Positions 25,979-34,957 of a DNA stretch of 64,000 bases are shown in pieces (position 1 is the stretch's first letter; every line of letters begins with the position of its first letter). The stretch is from Verrucomicrobiales bacterium (lineage in GTDB: Bacteria; Verrucomicrobiota; Verrucomicrobiia; Verrucomicrobiales; V1-33), in the NCBI GenBank assembly GCA_031411295.1, contig JANOAV010000083.1:32001-96000 (forward strand), read 5' to 3'. The notes beneath the pieces are model-generated. The model searched no databases and was not told the origin of the DNA. It worked only from the letters and a program-made list of their open reading frames with translations. Both the position numbers and the translations under genes were made by a program.

Positions 25979-28666
25979 ATGAAAACAGCAAATAAAGTCT
26001 GGCTCACCCTGGCTGTTTCACTGCTGCTGGTTGCGGTAGGAACCATCGCGTTATTCCGGGCTTATCGGCAGATCGAGGGTGCCGCTGAGCTGAGGCAGCG
26101 GACGCACGTTATCATCAGTCAGGCCCAGGATTTGTTGTCTGAGATCAAGGATGCAGAAACCGGGCAGCGTGGCTATGCCATTACTGGTGACGAGGCATTT
26201 CTAGAACCCTATCTTAAGGTGCAAGGCGGGCTCCAGGAAAATCTAGAGGATTTGCGTCTCCTGACGATGATCCCGCAGGGTCAGGCCCATTTGGACGAAG
26301 TGAGGCCCTTGATAGCGGCTAAATTGACGCACATGGCAAAGGTCATTGAGCAGCGACGGCAGAATAACTCTGCGGCGGTGGTCGCTCTGGTCAGCAAGGG
26401 AGAAGGAATGGAACTGATGGACTCCATCCGTGAGCACATGAGCGCTTTCCATCAAATCGAGGAGGCTGCATTGGCTCAGCGTGAAGTTGAGTTTCAGGAA
26501 AAACTCCGCCACCTCCTAGCTACCATTGTGCTGGCCACTCTGCTCACGCTAGTGCTAGCATTGTTGTTCGCTTGGTTCACCTATCGGGACACTCGGCATC
26601 AGCTGAAGAACCTGGTTCATCTCGAAACCCTGCACCTACTCGGAGAGCAGAAGTTGTTGAGCCATCAACTGTGGCAGGCCAACGCGACCTTGCAGATTAG
26701 CGAAGAGAAGCTTGGCGTTACGCTAAACTCCATTGGTGATGCCGTCATCGCGACCGATGCGGATGCGCGCATTACCCTATTGAACCCCCTGGCAGAGAAG
26801 CTCACTGGCTGGACGCAAGCGGAAGCCCGCGGGCACCCGGTCAGCGAGATCTTTAACATTATCAATAAAGCCAGCCGTCGGCCCGCCACGATTCCTGTCA
26901 TCGAGACGTTGCAACAAGGCACCGTCGTTGGCTTGGCCAACCACACGGTCCTAATTTCACGGACTGGCAGCGAGTGTGACATCGCAGACAGTTGCGCCCC
27001 CATTCGGGACCGCGAGGGGGCGGTGATCGGGGCGGTGCTGGTGTTTCGGGATGTCACCGGAGAATACGCGGCCCACCAGGCCTTGCACGACCAGCAGTTC
27101 TATACGCGCTCTTTAATTGAATCGAATATTGACGCCTTAATGACGACCGACCCTGCTGGAATCATCACCGACGTGAACCAGCAGATGGAAGCACTGACCG
27201 GGCGTTCCCGCACTGAATTGATCGGCACGCCATTCAAAAACTACTTCACTAATCCAGCGCTAGCAGAGGCAGGCATCAACCTTGTCCTTACCAAGGGCAA
27301 AGTGACGGACTATGAACTCACGGCCCGAGCCAAGGATGGGAAGGAAACGACCGTGTCCTATAACGCTACAACTTTCCATGATCGGGATCGCATCCTTCAA
27401 GGGGTCTTCGCAGCCGCCCGTGATGTCACTGAGCGCAAGCACTTGGATCGTGTGTTGCACGAGAACACCCTGGAACTTGAAGCCGCCAAAGCGGTCGCGG
27501 AGAAAGCAAATTTGGCGAAGTCAGATTTCTTGTCCAGCATGAGTCACGAGTTGCGCTCTCCGCTCAATGCCATCTTGGGCTTTGCGCAATTGATGGATTC
27601 TGACGAACCGCCACCCACCAGCACGCAAAAGGGCAGCATCGATCAGATCCTCCATGCCGGATGGTATTTGCTGGAGTTGATTAACGAAATTTTGGATTTG
27701 GCGGTGGTCGAATCCGGGCGCTTGGCACTTTCCTTGGAGGCGGTTTCGCTCCCGGAAGTGATTCTCGAATGCCAAGCCATGATCGAACCCCAAGCGCTCA
27801 AGCGCGGCATTACCATAACCTTTCCCAAGTTTGCGAAGCCTTGCTACATCAAGGCCGACCACACGCGGGTGAAGCAAGTTCTCATCAACCTACTGTCGAA
27901 TGCCATTAAATATAACAAAACAGGAGGCTCCGTCACCCTGACCTGCATTCCCAGTGACGAGAGCTTTATTCGCCTCTGCGTCAAAGATACGGGAGTGGGA
28001 CTGTCCGCGCAGAATCTGGCGCAGTTGTTTCAACCTTTCAACAGACTGGGACAGGAGGCAGGGGGCGAGGAGGGCACCGGCATCGGGCTAGTAGTTAGCA
28101 AACGCCTGGTCGAACTCATGCAGGGCCGCATTGGCGTGGAAAGCACGGTGGATGCAGGCAGTAATTTCTGGATTGAATTGGTGGTGGAAAATGATCCCCA
28201 CGCCGCCTACATCAAAGCCGCACTGGCGCAACCCGTGGGGGCTCTGCCGACCACCGCCGCCCGCTCGCGACTCCTGCTCTACGTGGAGGATAATCCAGCC
28301 AATCTGAAGCTGATTGAACAACTCATCGCGCGTCGCCCGGACATGCGCTTGCTCACCGCCCAGAACGGGCGCGATGGCATTAGCCTGGCCCGAGTTCATT
28401 TACCGGAGGTGATCCTCATGGACATCAATTTACCTGGCATCAATGGCATCGAAGCCATGAAGATCCTCCGGGCAGATCCGACCACCCAGCACATTCCCAT
28501 TGTAGCTCTGAGCGCCAATGCCATGCCGCAGGACATTGAGAATGGGATTGCGGCGGGCTTTTTCCGTTACCTCACCAAGCCCATCAAGGTGTCGGAATTC
28601 ATGGAAACATTGAATGTTGCGTTGGATCACGCTGCCACCACAACCAAACCACCAATAGATTCATGA
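25979..28666 (+). CDS. CHASE3-PAS hybrid histidine kinase
   Basis: TM, DAETGQRGYAITGDEAFLEPY (CHASE3), TM, 2 PAS, HisKA, HATPase, REC. Confidence 0.9.
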   Translation: MKTANKVWLTLAVSLLLVAVGTIALFRAYRQIEGAAELRQRTHVIISQAQDLLSEIKDAETGQRGYAITGDEAFLEPYLKVQGGLQENLEDLRLLTMIPQGQAHLDEVRPLIAAKLTHMAKVIEQRRQNNSAAVVALVSKGEGMELMDSIREHMSAFHQIEEAALAQREVEFQEKLRHLLATIVLATLLTLVLALLFAWFTYRDTRHQLKNLVHLETLHLLGEQKLLSHQLWQANATLQISEEKLGVTLNSIGDAVIATDADARITLLNPLAEKLTGWTQAEARGHPVSEIFNIINKASRRPATIPVIETLQQGTVVGLANHTVLISRTGSECDIADSCAPIRDREGAVIGAVLVFRDVTGEYAAHQALHDQQFYTRSLIESNIDALMTTDPAGIITDVNQQMEALTGRSRTELIGTPFKNYFTNPALAEAGINLVLTKGKVTDYELTARAKDGKETTVSYNATTFHDRDRILQGVFAAARDVTERKHLDRVLHENTLELEAAKAVAEKANLAKSDFLSSMSHELRSPLNAILGFAQLMDSDEPPPTSTQKGSIDQILHAGWYLLELINEILDLAVVESGRLALSLEAVSLPEVILECQAMIEPQALKRGITITFPKFAKPCYIKADHTRVKQVLINLLSNAIKYNKTGGSVTLTCIPSDESFIRLCVKDTGVGLSAQNLAQLFQPFNRLGQEAGGEEGTGIGLVVSKRLVELMQGRIGVESTVDAGSNFWIELVVENDPHAAYIKAALAQPVGALPTTAARSRLLLYVEDNPANLKLIEQLIARRPDMRLLTAQNGRDGISLARVHLPEVILMDINLPGINGIEAMKILRADPTTQHIPIVALSANAMPQDIENGIAAGFFRYLTKPIKVSEFMETLNVALDHAATTTKPPIDS

Positions 28667-29157
28667 GCGCCACCATTCCCATCGTTCAACGTCCTCACGC
28701 TCAGCCCATGGCGCTAGTCGGATGGATACTATTATCCCTCTCGGCCTCGTTGGGAGGGGTGTTCATTTCCCTTGGGGAATGGTATGCCCGCCTCCATAAA
28801 CCAACATGGAATCCACCCGCATGGGTTTTCGGACCTGCTTGGACACTGCTCTATGTGATGATGGGGGTGGCCGCATGGTTGATCTGGAGAGAAGGCGGGT
28901 GGCGCGAGCGACGACGCCCTTTGATATTGTTTCTCATACAATGGTTTCTCAATGCATTGTGGACACCGCTGTTCTTCGGTCTGCATCAGCCCGGGCTGGC
29001 CTTTGCTGAGATGGTCCTATTATGGCTGATGGTCGCACTGACTGTATTTGTATTTTGGCAAATTCGTCGCTCCGCCGGGCTCTTGCTGCTGCCCTATCTG
29101 GCATGGATCACCTTTGCCGCAGTGCTCAATTTCACCATCTGGCGCATGAATCTCTGA
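28663..29157 (+). CDS. tspO: TspO/MBR tryptophan-rich sensory protein
   Basis: WYARLHKPTWNPPAWVFGPAWT, LPYLAWITFA. Confidence 0.92.
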   Translation: MSATIPIVQRPHAQPMALVGWILLSLSASLGGVFISLGEWYARLHKPTWNPPAWVFGPAWTLLYVMMGVAAWLIWREGGWRERRRPLILFLIQWFLNALWTPLFFGLHQPGLAFAEMVLLWLMVALTVFVFWQIRRSAGLLLLPYLAWITFAAVLNFTIWRMNL

Positions 29158-29213
29158 AGCGGGAGCGCAGCATCCACGGCGTCTAGCAATCGAAAGAAAA
29201 TGAAGTAACCTGC

Positions 29214-29768
29214 ATGAAAACTCCACCCTCCGCCACCCCGCCGCCAAAGGATCACCATCTTCGTTTCCATAAACCGCATAGTCATCTGAATCCAGTCTTC
29301 GGTCCAGATTGGTTTGCGCTCAAGGCCGAAGCCTTCGCTCGCTTTTTCGGCACGCCGTTATTCCTCGGCGCACAGACGTTAGCGGTTGCGATGTGGATCG
29401 CGCTGAATGCGTCCGGGGTCTTCCATTTCGATGTTTATCCGTTCATTTTGTTAAACCTCGCGTTCAGCCTTCAGGCAGCCTACGCAGCACCGCTCATTTT
29501 ACTCGCCCAGACGCGTCAAGCAGATCGGGACAAAGCCCACGCTGAAGCAGATGCCCTGCATCGCGAGGATCTGGCCCAAACCAATGAAACACGTCTGATC
29601 CAAGCGGCTGAGCAAGCCGCTCTAATGGTAAAACTCCTGGAGCAAAACACCCAACTCACTGAGCTGACGCAGCAAATGACGGAACGCGTTGAAACCCTGA
29701 CCAAGGAGCTACATGCACACGTGGTCAGGGTTGGGGGGAATGCATCCACTCCAAGTTCAGCAATCTAG
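29214..29768 (+). CDS. DUF1003 membrane protein
   Basis: FDVYPFILLNLAFSLQAAYAAPLILLAQ. Confidence 0.9.
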   Translation: MKTPPSATPPPKDHHLRFHKPHSHLNPVFGPDWFALKAEAFARFFGTPLFLGAQTLAVAMWIALNASGVFHFDVYPFILLNLAFSLQAAYAAPLILLAQTRQADRDKAHAEADALHREDLAQTNETRLIQAAEQAALMVKLLEQNTQLTELTQQMTERVETLTKELHAHVVRVGGNASTPSSAI

Positions 29769-29773
29769 CCCGC

Positions 29774-30736
29774 TCAGAAATTTGTGAGATAGGCTCGATA
29801 AAATCGTTTCGGCCCGGTGGCCAAATTGGCGGGATGCGTGAAGGACCAAGTGTCCGTGATAGGCGTATCCGTCGCGATCGTGGTCCAAATGTCGGTGTTC
29901 ATGTCGGTGCTCGTTTGCAGGATTAATTTGAAGAACGGAGTGGTGTTGACGCTGACCGAGACAGCCCCTGCGTTCGTCCTCGACACTGCTGTGAATCGTG
30001 GATTACCAGGCGTCGGCAGGTCTCCACCATTGCCATTGAAAGTGACTCCCGCGGTAAACGCCAGCGCCCGCCCATTAATGTTACTGCTAGTTCCCATGGT
30101 AATCGCCTGATCCGCCATGATGGTTCCTTGGAACGAGGCAAAGGTGCCGATGACAGCCGAGGATCCAACCTGCCAAAAGACGTTGCGCGCCTGAGCTCCT
30201 CCTACTAGCAGGATCTTCATCCCGCTGACAAGCTGCAAATCGGCGGCACATTGAAAGATCCAAACATCATTAGCTCCACCAGTCAGGGTAAGATCGGCCC
30301 CAATGACCAGAGTCGTGCTGGTGATTTTATACAGACCAGGAACCAAGTTCAAGCCACCGAGGTTGCCCGACCCTGGATTCAGGAAGGGTCCTGAGGGCAC
30401 CGGGGTGCGCCCCGCCGCCGCATTGTAAGCTGTCGTGAGATCTCCCTTAGCCGTGAGCAGCAACGCGGCATCAATGATGGATCCTGCTGGCCCCGCTGCA
30501 TCCACCGCGTAGATGTGTCCATTTACCTGCGCCTGCGTTAGGTGAATGGCAGCTCCAGAAATGGGACTGGCTCCAACATCGCCATTGATAATACCGCCGC
30601 CAGTCGTTGTAATCGTTGCGCCCGCTAAAATTGTGAAATGAGCCGCTGAGCCCAGATCAATGGGGGCGGGACCGTCGGCTAGGAGTAATCCCGTCATGGC
30701 GCAGTAAGCCAGAGCGGGAGAAAAGAGTGATTTCAT
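29774..30736 (-). CDS. Exported ice-binding-family protein (DUF3494) with C-terminal beta domain
   Basis: DLGSAAHFTILAG, DLTTAYNAAAGR, LVPGLYK, VWIFQ, GAQARNVFWQVG, NGRALA; ends KRFYRAY. Confidence 0.88.
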   Translation of the reverse strand: MKSLFSPALAYCAMTGLLLADGPAPIDLGSAAHFTILAGATITTTGGGIINGDVGASPISGAAIHLTQAQVNGHIYAVDAAGPAGSIIDAALLLTAKGDLTTAYNAAAGRTPVPSGPFLNPGSGNLGGLNLVPGLYKITSTTLVIGADLTLTGGANDVWIFQCAADLQLVSGMKILLVGGAQARNVFWQVGSSAVIGTFASFQGTIMADQAITMGTSSNINGRALAFTAGVTFNGNGGDLPTPGNPRFTAVSRTNAGAVSVSVNTTPFFKLILQTSTDMNTDIWTTIATDTPITDTWSFTHPANLATGPKRFYRAYLTNF

Positions 30737-30845
30737 GGTTTGTATTTTTTGGATTAGAGAAACAAGGTAGTTCGAAACCTTACCCCAACGTGGGGACACA
30801 GGACCGCCAACACCTCCAAGCTACCACTGCGGCATGATCGTCGCT

Positions 30846-30862
30846 ATGGGGTCTTCACCCAC
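30846..30862 (-). promoter_or_regulatory. Regulon box GTGGGTGAAGACCCCAT, extended -10-like TGG-TAGCTT 22 bp downstream
   Basis: Recurrent motif upstream of first ice-binding gene. Confidence 0.7.
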
Positions 30863-30879
30863 CAGGGATCGCATTGGGG

Positions 30880-31106
30880 AGTTGTGGATTAGTCATCAGA
30901 AGGCGGAGATCATTGTTGCCGCAAGGCATCAGGAAAACGTCAGCCAGCTGTGGAGCCAAGCCACCAGCGGGGCCGAAGTCCGGTTTTACAACCAAATCAT
31001 TGATCGTATTCAGGATGCTTCATCCCTGCTCATATTCGGACCAGATGAGGCTAAATCTGAGCTGCTACTACGCTTGGAACTTTTATCTCCCAAGCGGCAT
31101 TTCTGA
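30880..31106 (+). pseudogene. Truncated duplicate of the 32783-33157 gene
   Basis: LWISHQKAEIIVAA...IQDASSLLIFGPDEAKSEL; homologous start and C-terminus missing. Confidence 0.7.
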
Positions 31107-31130
31107 CCAGCGTATCCGGTCGAGAACCTA

Positions 31131-31147
31131 CTTGGGGTGCACCCCAT
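31131..31147 (+). promoter_or_regulatory. Orphan regulon box CTTGGGGTGCACCCCAT (duplicate of 33139 site)
   Basis: Motif match; no -10 at the expected spacing and no downstream + strand gene. Confidence 0.45.
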
Positions 31148-31195
31148 AGTCGCCTTTACAGGGTATGAAGTGGCAGCGCCAACAAAGGAGCACCT

Positions 31196-32152
31196 CTAAA
31201 GATTCGTTAGATAGGCCCGATAGAATCTCTTCGGCCCTGTGGCCTGGCTCGCGGGATGCGTGTAGGACCATGAATCCAAGCTTGGCGTGTCCGTCGTGAC
31301 CGTGGTCCACACGTCCGCATTCATGTCCATGCTTGTTTGCAATATTAGTTTAAAAAACGGAGTGGTCTTAACGGTCAGGGACACCTCCCCAAGCGTGTTT
31401 CTAGAGATGTGAGTGAAGGATGGATTGGCGGGCGTAGGCAGGTCTCCACCATTGCCATTGAAAGTGACTCCAGCGGTAAACGCCAGCGCCCGACCATTCA
31501 TGGCGCTGCTAGTTCCCATGGTGATTGCTTGGTCGGCCATGATGGTGCCGTTAAATGTGGCGAAGGTTCCGATGACGGCGGAGGTGCCAACCTGCCAGTA
31601 AATATTCCGCGCCTGCGCGCCCCCTGCGAGCAGCACGCGAATGCCGCTTCCCAATTGGAGGTCCGCCGCGCATTGGAAGATCCAGACATCATTGGCACCA
31701 CCAGTTAGGGTCAGGTCTGATCCCGTTATCAAGGTGGTTCCAGTAAATTTATAAAGCCCAGGAATCAGATTTAACCCGCCAATGTTACCTGCTCCGGGAT
31801 TTAGAAACGGTCCAGAAGGAGTCGGCATGCGCCCAGCCGCCGCATTGTAAGCTGTCTTGAGATCTCCCTTGGCTGTGAGTAACAGCGCGGCATCAATGAT
31901 GGAGCCGGCCGGACCACCCGCATCCACCGCGTAGATGTGTCCGTTTACCTGAGCCTGGGTCAGATGAATAGCCGTTCCGGAAATCGGGCTGGCCCCAATG
32001 TCCCCGTTAATAATGCCACCACCGGTGGTAGTGATGGCCGCACCTGCCAGGATGGTGAAATGAGCCGCTGAGCCCAGATCAATGGGTGCCGGGCCATCGG
32101 CCAGGGCGATTCCCGCCAAGGAGAAACTTAGAGCCAAAAATAGTGATTTCAT
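31196..32152 (-). CDS. Exported ice-binding-family protein (DUF3494), paralog 2
   Basis: Same motifs as 29774-30736; signal peptide. Confidence 0.88.
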   Translation of the reverse strand: MKSLFLALSFSLAGIALADGPAPIDLGSAAHFTILAGAAITTTGGGIINGDIGASPISGTAIHLTQAQVNGHIYAVDAGGPAGSIIDAALLLTAKGDLKTAYNAAAGRMPTPSGPFLNPGAGNIGGLNLIPGLYKFTGTTLITGSDLTLTGGANDVWIFQCAADLQLGSGIRVLLAGGAQARNIYWQVGTSAVIGTFATFNGTIMADQAITMGTSSAMNGRALAFTAGVTFNGNGGDLPTPANPSFTHISRNTLGEVSLTVKTTPFFKLILQTSMDMNADVWTTVTTDTPSLDSWSYTHPASQATGPKRFYRAYLTNL

Positions 32153-32185
32153 GAGATTGGTGTGGTGTATGGTGAGTGGGGGCAG

Positions 32186-32617
32186 TTAGTTGATTCGATC
32201 AAGTTCCAACAAATGCGTGCGGAGCGGAGGCAGCAGTTCGTTTCCGATGATGATTTTTGCAGCCTCCGGCATCTCGGGATTGGCCAGGGCTGCTTCATAT
32301 TCGCTGACGCCGTGCTCCTCACCGCGTTTCAAGATTGCCAACGCCGGGGATTCACCGATGAGCGCAGCACCCGCCTCCAGGACCATCGCAAAATCTCCCC
32401 AGAGACCGGATTCCGTGGAAGGATCCCCGCCTGCGTCTTTGACGAGTCTGCGCAGTATGGTTGCACTAGCGAGATGATCCTTCCGGATGGTGTTCAAGCA
32501 ACCCATGCGGGCATCCTCGGGAAATTTGTGGATCGCTTGGCTGTAGGTCTCAATAGCGGCCAGTTCACCCCGCAGGAGTGAATCGCAGGTGGCAATCGTT
32601 TTATCGTGAATAGTCAT
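32186..32617 (-). CDS. DUF2383 / PA2169-like ferritin-like protein
   Basis: CDSLLRGELAAIETYSQAI, SGLWG, LKRGEEHGVSEYE. Confidence 0.8.
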   Translation of the reverse strand: MTIHDKTIATCDSLLRGELAAIETYSQAIHKFPEDARMGCLNTIRKDHLASATILRRLVKDAGGDPSTESGLWGDFAMVLEAGAALIGESPALAILKRGEEHGVSEYEAALANPEMPEAAKIIIGNELLPPLRTHLLELDRIN

Positions 32618-32690
32618 GAGGTTGGGATGGTTTACTCTGGCCAGCCGGCTGGAGAATTCGATTACAATACTCCGCGCCCCGCACGATCCT

Positions 32691-32707
32691 ATGGGGTGTA
32701 ACCCGAC
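32691..32707 (-). promoter_or_regulatory. Regulon box GTCGGGTTACACCCCAT, -10-like TATTGT 21 bp downstream
   Basis: Recurrent motif upstream of DUF2383/ice-binding operon. Confidence 0.7.
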
Positions 32708-32730
32708 CATGACGACCCCGCTGAAGGAAT

Positions 32731-32747
32731 TGGGGAGATCACCCCAT
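32731..32747 (+). promoter_or_regulatory. Regulon box TGGGGAGATCACCCCAT
   Basis: Recurrent motif, divergent partner of the 32691 box; -10 match poor. Confidence 0.6.
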
Positions 32748-32782
32748 GGCAGGAACGGACGCACTATGGCTTAATGGCACCC

Positions 32783-33157
32783 ATGAACACGAACATCGGA
32801 CTTTGGATAAACCATCAGAAAGCAGAAATCATCGTTGCTGCCAAACACCAAGAGCAAGTGACCGTGCTCTGGAACAAGGCCAGCACCGAGCAACGTGGTC
32901 CATCCGCCCGTAAGCTGGCGCAATTTTATAAGGAAATCATCGCACAGATTCAAGACGCTTCCTCCCTGCTAATTTTCGGGCCGGATGATGCTAAGTCAGA
33001 GCTGCAACTGCGACTCGAAATCCTGCGGCCCAAGGCGCGCACAGTCAACGTGGAGGACACTGCCATCATGACCGCACGGGAAATCATGCTGAAGGTGCGT
33101 GGGCACTTTCGGTCAGCTTACGAAACGGTGGAGCAGTTTGGGGTGAACACCCCATAG
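32783..33157 (+). CDS. Small eRF1-domain-2-like protein
   Basis: IGLWINHQKA, FYKEII, LLIFGPDDAKSEL, VRGHF; start 32774 or 32783. Confidence 0.6.
   Translation: MNTNIGLWINHQKAEIIVAAKHQEQVTVLWNKASTEQRGPSARKLAQFYKEIIAQIQDASSLLIFGPDDAKSELQLRLEILRPKARTVNVEDTAIMTAREIMLKVRGHFRSAYETVEQFGVNTP
33139..33155 (+). promoter_or_regulatory. Regulon box TGGGGTGAACACCCCAT, -10-like CACAGT at 33178
   Basis: Recurrent motif overlapping the end of the previous gene. Confidence 0.65.
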
Positions 33158-33214
33158 CCGAAAGCGACGATCCTCCGCACAGTCCCATAGGCTTAACAAA
33201 AAAAGATCCAACTT

Positions 33215-33724
33215 ATGTCCCACCAATCCACCGTCGCCATCTATCACACTCACGCCGAAGCAGAATCAGCCGTCAAAGCACTGGAGCATTCCGGCTTCGA
33301 CATGACCCAACTATCCATCGTGGGCCAAGGCTATCACACGGAGGAAAATGTGATTGGCTACTACAACACCGGAGACCGCATCAAGGCCTGGGGCAGCGCA
33401 GGAGCCTTTTGGGGCGGCATCTGGGGGCTGCTGTTTGGTTCCGCTTTCTTCATGATTCCGGGCGTCGGCCCCCTGTTTGTGGCTGGTCCGCTTGTCAGTT
33501 GGATCGTTGGCGTGCTGGAGGGCGCAGTCGTGTTAGGTGCGGCCGGAGCGCTGGGAGCAGGACTTTTCAGCATCGGCATTCCAAAAGATAGCATTGTGCA
33601 ATATGAAACGGCCCTCAAGGCCGGGAAGTTCCTCGTCATCGCCCACAGCACCCCGGAGGCCTTGGCTCAGGCCCGCAGCATTCTGGAAGGTTCCGCACCA
33701 GATACCCTCCATCACCATTCCTAA
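33215..33724 (+). CDS. General stress protein (YflT/DUF1269-like)
   Basis: AESAVKALEHSGFDMTQLSIVG, GAFWGGIWGLLFG, YETALKAGKFLV. Confidence 0.8.
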   Translation: MSHQSTVAIYHTHAEAESAVKALEHSGFDMTQLSIVGQGYHTEENVIGYYNTGDRIKAWGSAGAFWGGIWGLLFGSAFFMIPGVGPLFVAGPLVSWIVGVLEGAVVLGAAGALGAGLFSIGIPKDSIVQYETALKAGKFLVIAHSTPEALAQARSILEGSAPDTLHHHS

Positions 33725-33820
33725 GCCATGGCCATGCGACTCACCGCGCAGGATGTCTTGGACCGCTGGGAAAATGAAGGCGGCTCAAAAATGCCTAAAT
33801 CAAATCAACCAACTACAATT

Positions 33821-34525
33821 ATGCTATTCAACACCAAAGATCTAAAGGGCACAAAACTCCTCGCCACCAATGGTGAGATCGGCCACATCCACGATGTTTA
33901 TTTCGACGATCAAACGTGGGAACTTCGCTACCTGGTGGTGGACACAGGGGGCTGGCTAACCGGCCGCCAAGTGTTGCTCTCCCCACAAAGTTTCGGCAGC
34001 TATCACCCTGAAACCGAAACGCTGTGCATCAACTTACTGAAGCAACAAATCGAAGCGAGCCCGCCTACCGAGTTGCACCAACCCGTTTCCCGCCAATACG
34101 AGGAGGCTTACTACCGCTACTACGGATGGCCAGCCTATTGGAATGGCGATGCCTTGACTGGGCTGGGCGCTTATCCCATCCTACTTCCGCCCACAGATGC
34201 AGAGATTGCAGTCCGCAAACAACAGGTGAAAGACCGTGAACTGCATTTGCGCAGTGCCGACGCGGTGACAGGCTATGCGATCGAAGCCATTGACGGCACC
34301 ATCGGTCACGTTAGTGGATTTCTGCTGGAAGAACGAGACTGGCGCATTCACGACGTCGTGGTGGAGACCGGGCATTGGTATTCCGGCAAGGAAGTTCTCA
34401 TTCCTACAGAGGACATCAAACGCATCAGCTATGATGATTCCAAGGTTTTCGTCACCATCTCACGAGAGCAGATTAAGCACACCGCCAAGCATCATGAGGT
34501 CAAGCCTGCGATTACTTCAATTTAA
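33821..34525 (+). CDS. Double PRC-barrel domain protein
   Basis: GEIGHIHDVYFDDQTWELRYLVVDTGGWL repeated as GTIGHVSGFLLEERDWRI; frame also open from 33728. Confidence 0.88.
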   Translation: MLFNTKDLKGTKLLATNGEIGHIHDVYFDDQTWELRYLVVDTGGWLTGRQVLLSPQSFGSYHPETETLCINLLKQQIEASPPTELHQPVSRQYEEAYYRYYGWPAYWNGDALTGLGAYPILLPPTDAEIAVRKQQVKDRELHLRSADAVTGYAIEAIDGTIGHVSGFLLEERDWRIHDVVVETGHWYSGKEVLIPTEDIKRISYDDSKVFVTISREQIKHTAKHHEVKPAITSI

Positions 34526-34537
34526 CGCCACCCTGCT

Positions 34538-34939
34538 ATGAAAACTGAAGTTTCACCATCCGGTCACATCACGACAAATGGCATCGGTATTGGCACTGTT
34601 AGTCCTGAAATGGTCCGGCAGCGCGCCTCGGAATTGGCCGTCATCAATGGGCGTGCCATTAACGACGCGTGGCCCAGTGATCTGGACCAAGCGCAACGAG
34701 AGTTGACCGGAGCGGGACCGGATGATGAGCCAACGGATATCATTAGCACAGAGCCGGAAGCTGATGCGTGGAATCCTGTCCCAGGCTCGGTCGGGCATCA
34801 AGTGCCTGATGGCAGTGCGACTGACGAGGAGGAATGGCAAGTGGACAGCGTTCGCCTTGTCGAAGAAGGCATTGCCGAGGCAGAGCATGATCAAATGGTG
34901 CGGGCCATGGAGCAGAAAACTCGGGACAATACCGAATAG
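34538..34939 (+). CDS. Hypothetical acidic protein
   Basis: Operonic ORF; RQRASELAVINGR, LVEEGIAEAEHDQM. Confidence 0.65.
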   Translation: MKTEVSPSGHITTNGIGIGTVSPEMVRQRASELAVINGRAINDAWPSDLDQAQRELTGAGPDDEPTDIISTEPEADAWNPVPGSVGHQVPDGSATDEEEWQVDSVRLVEEGIAEAEHDQMVRAMEQKTRDNTE

Positions 34940-34957
34940 GCACTAACCGTTCCAAGT

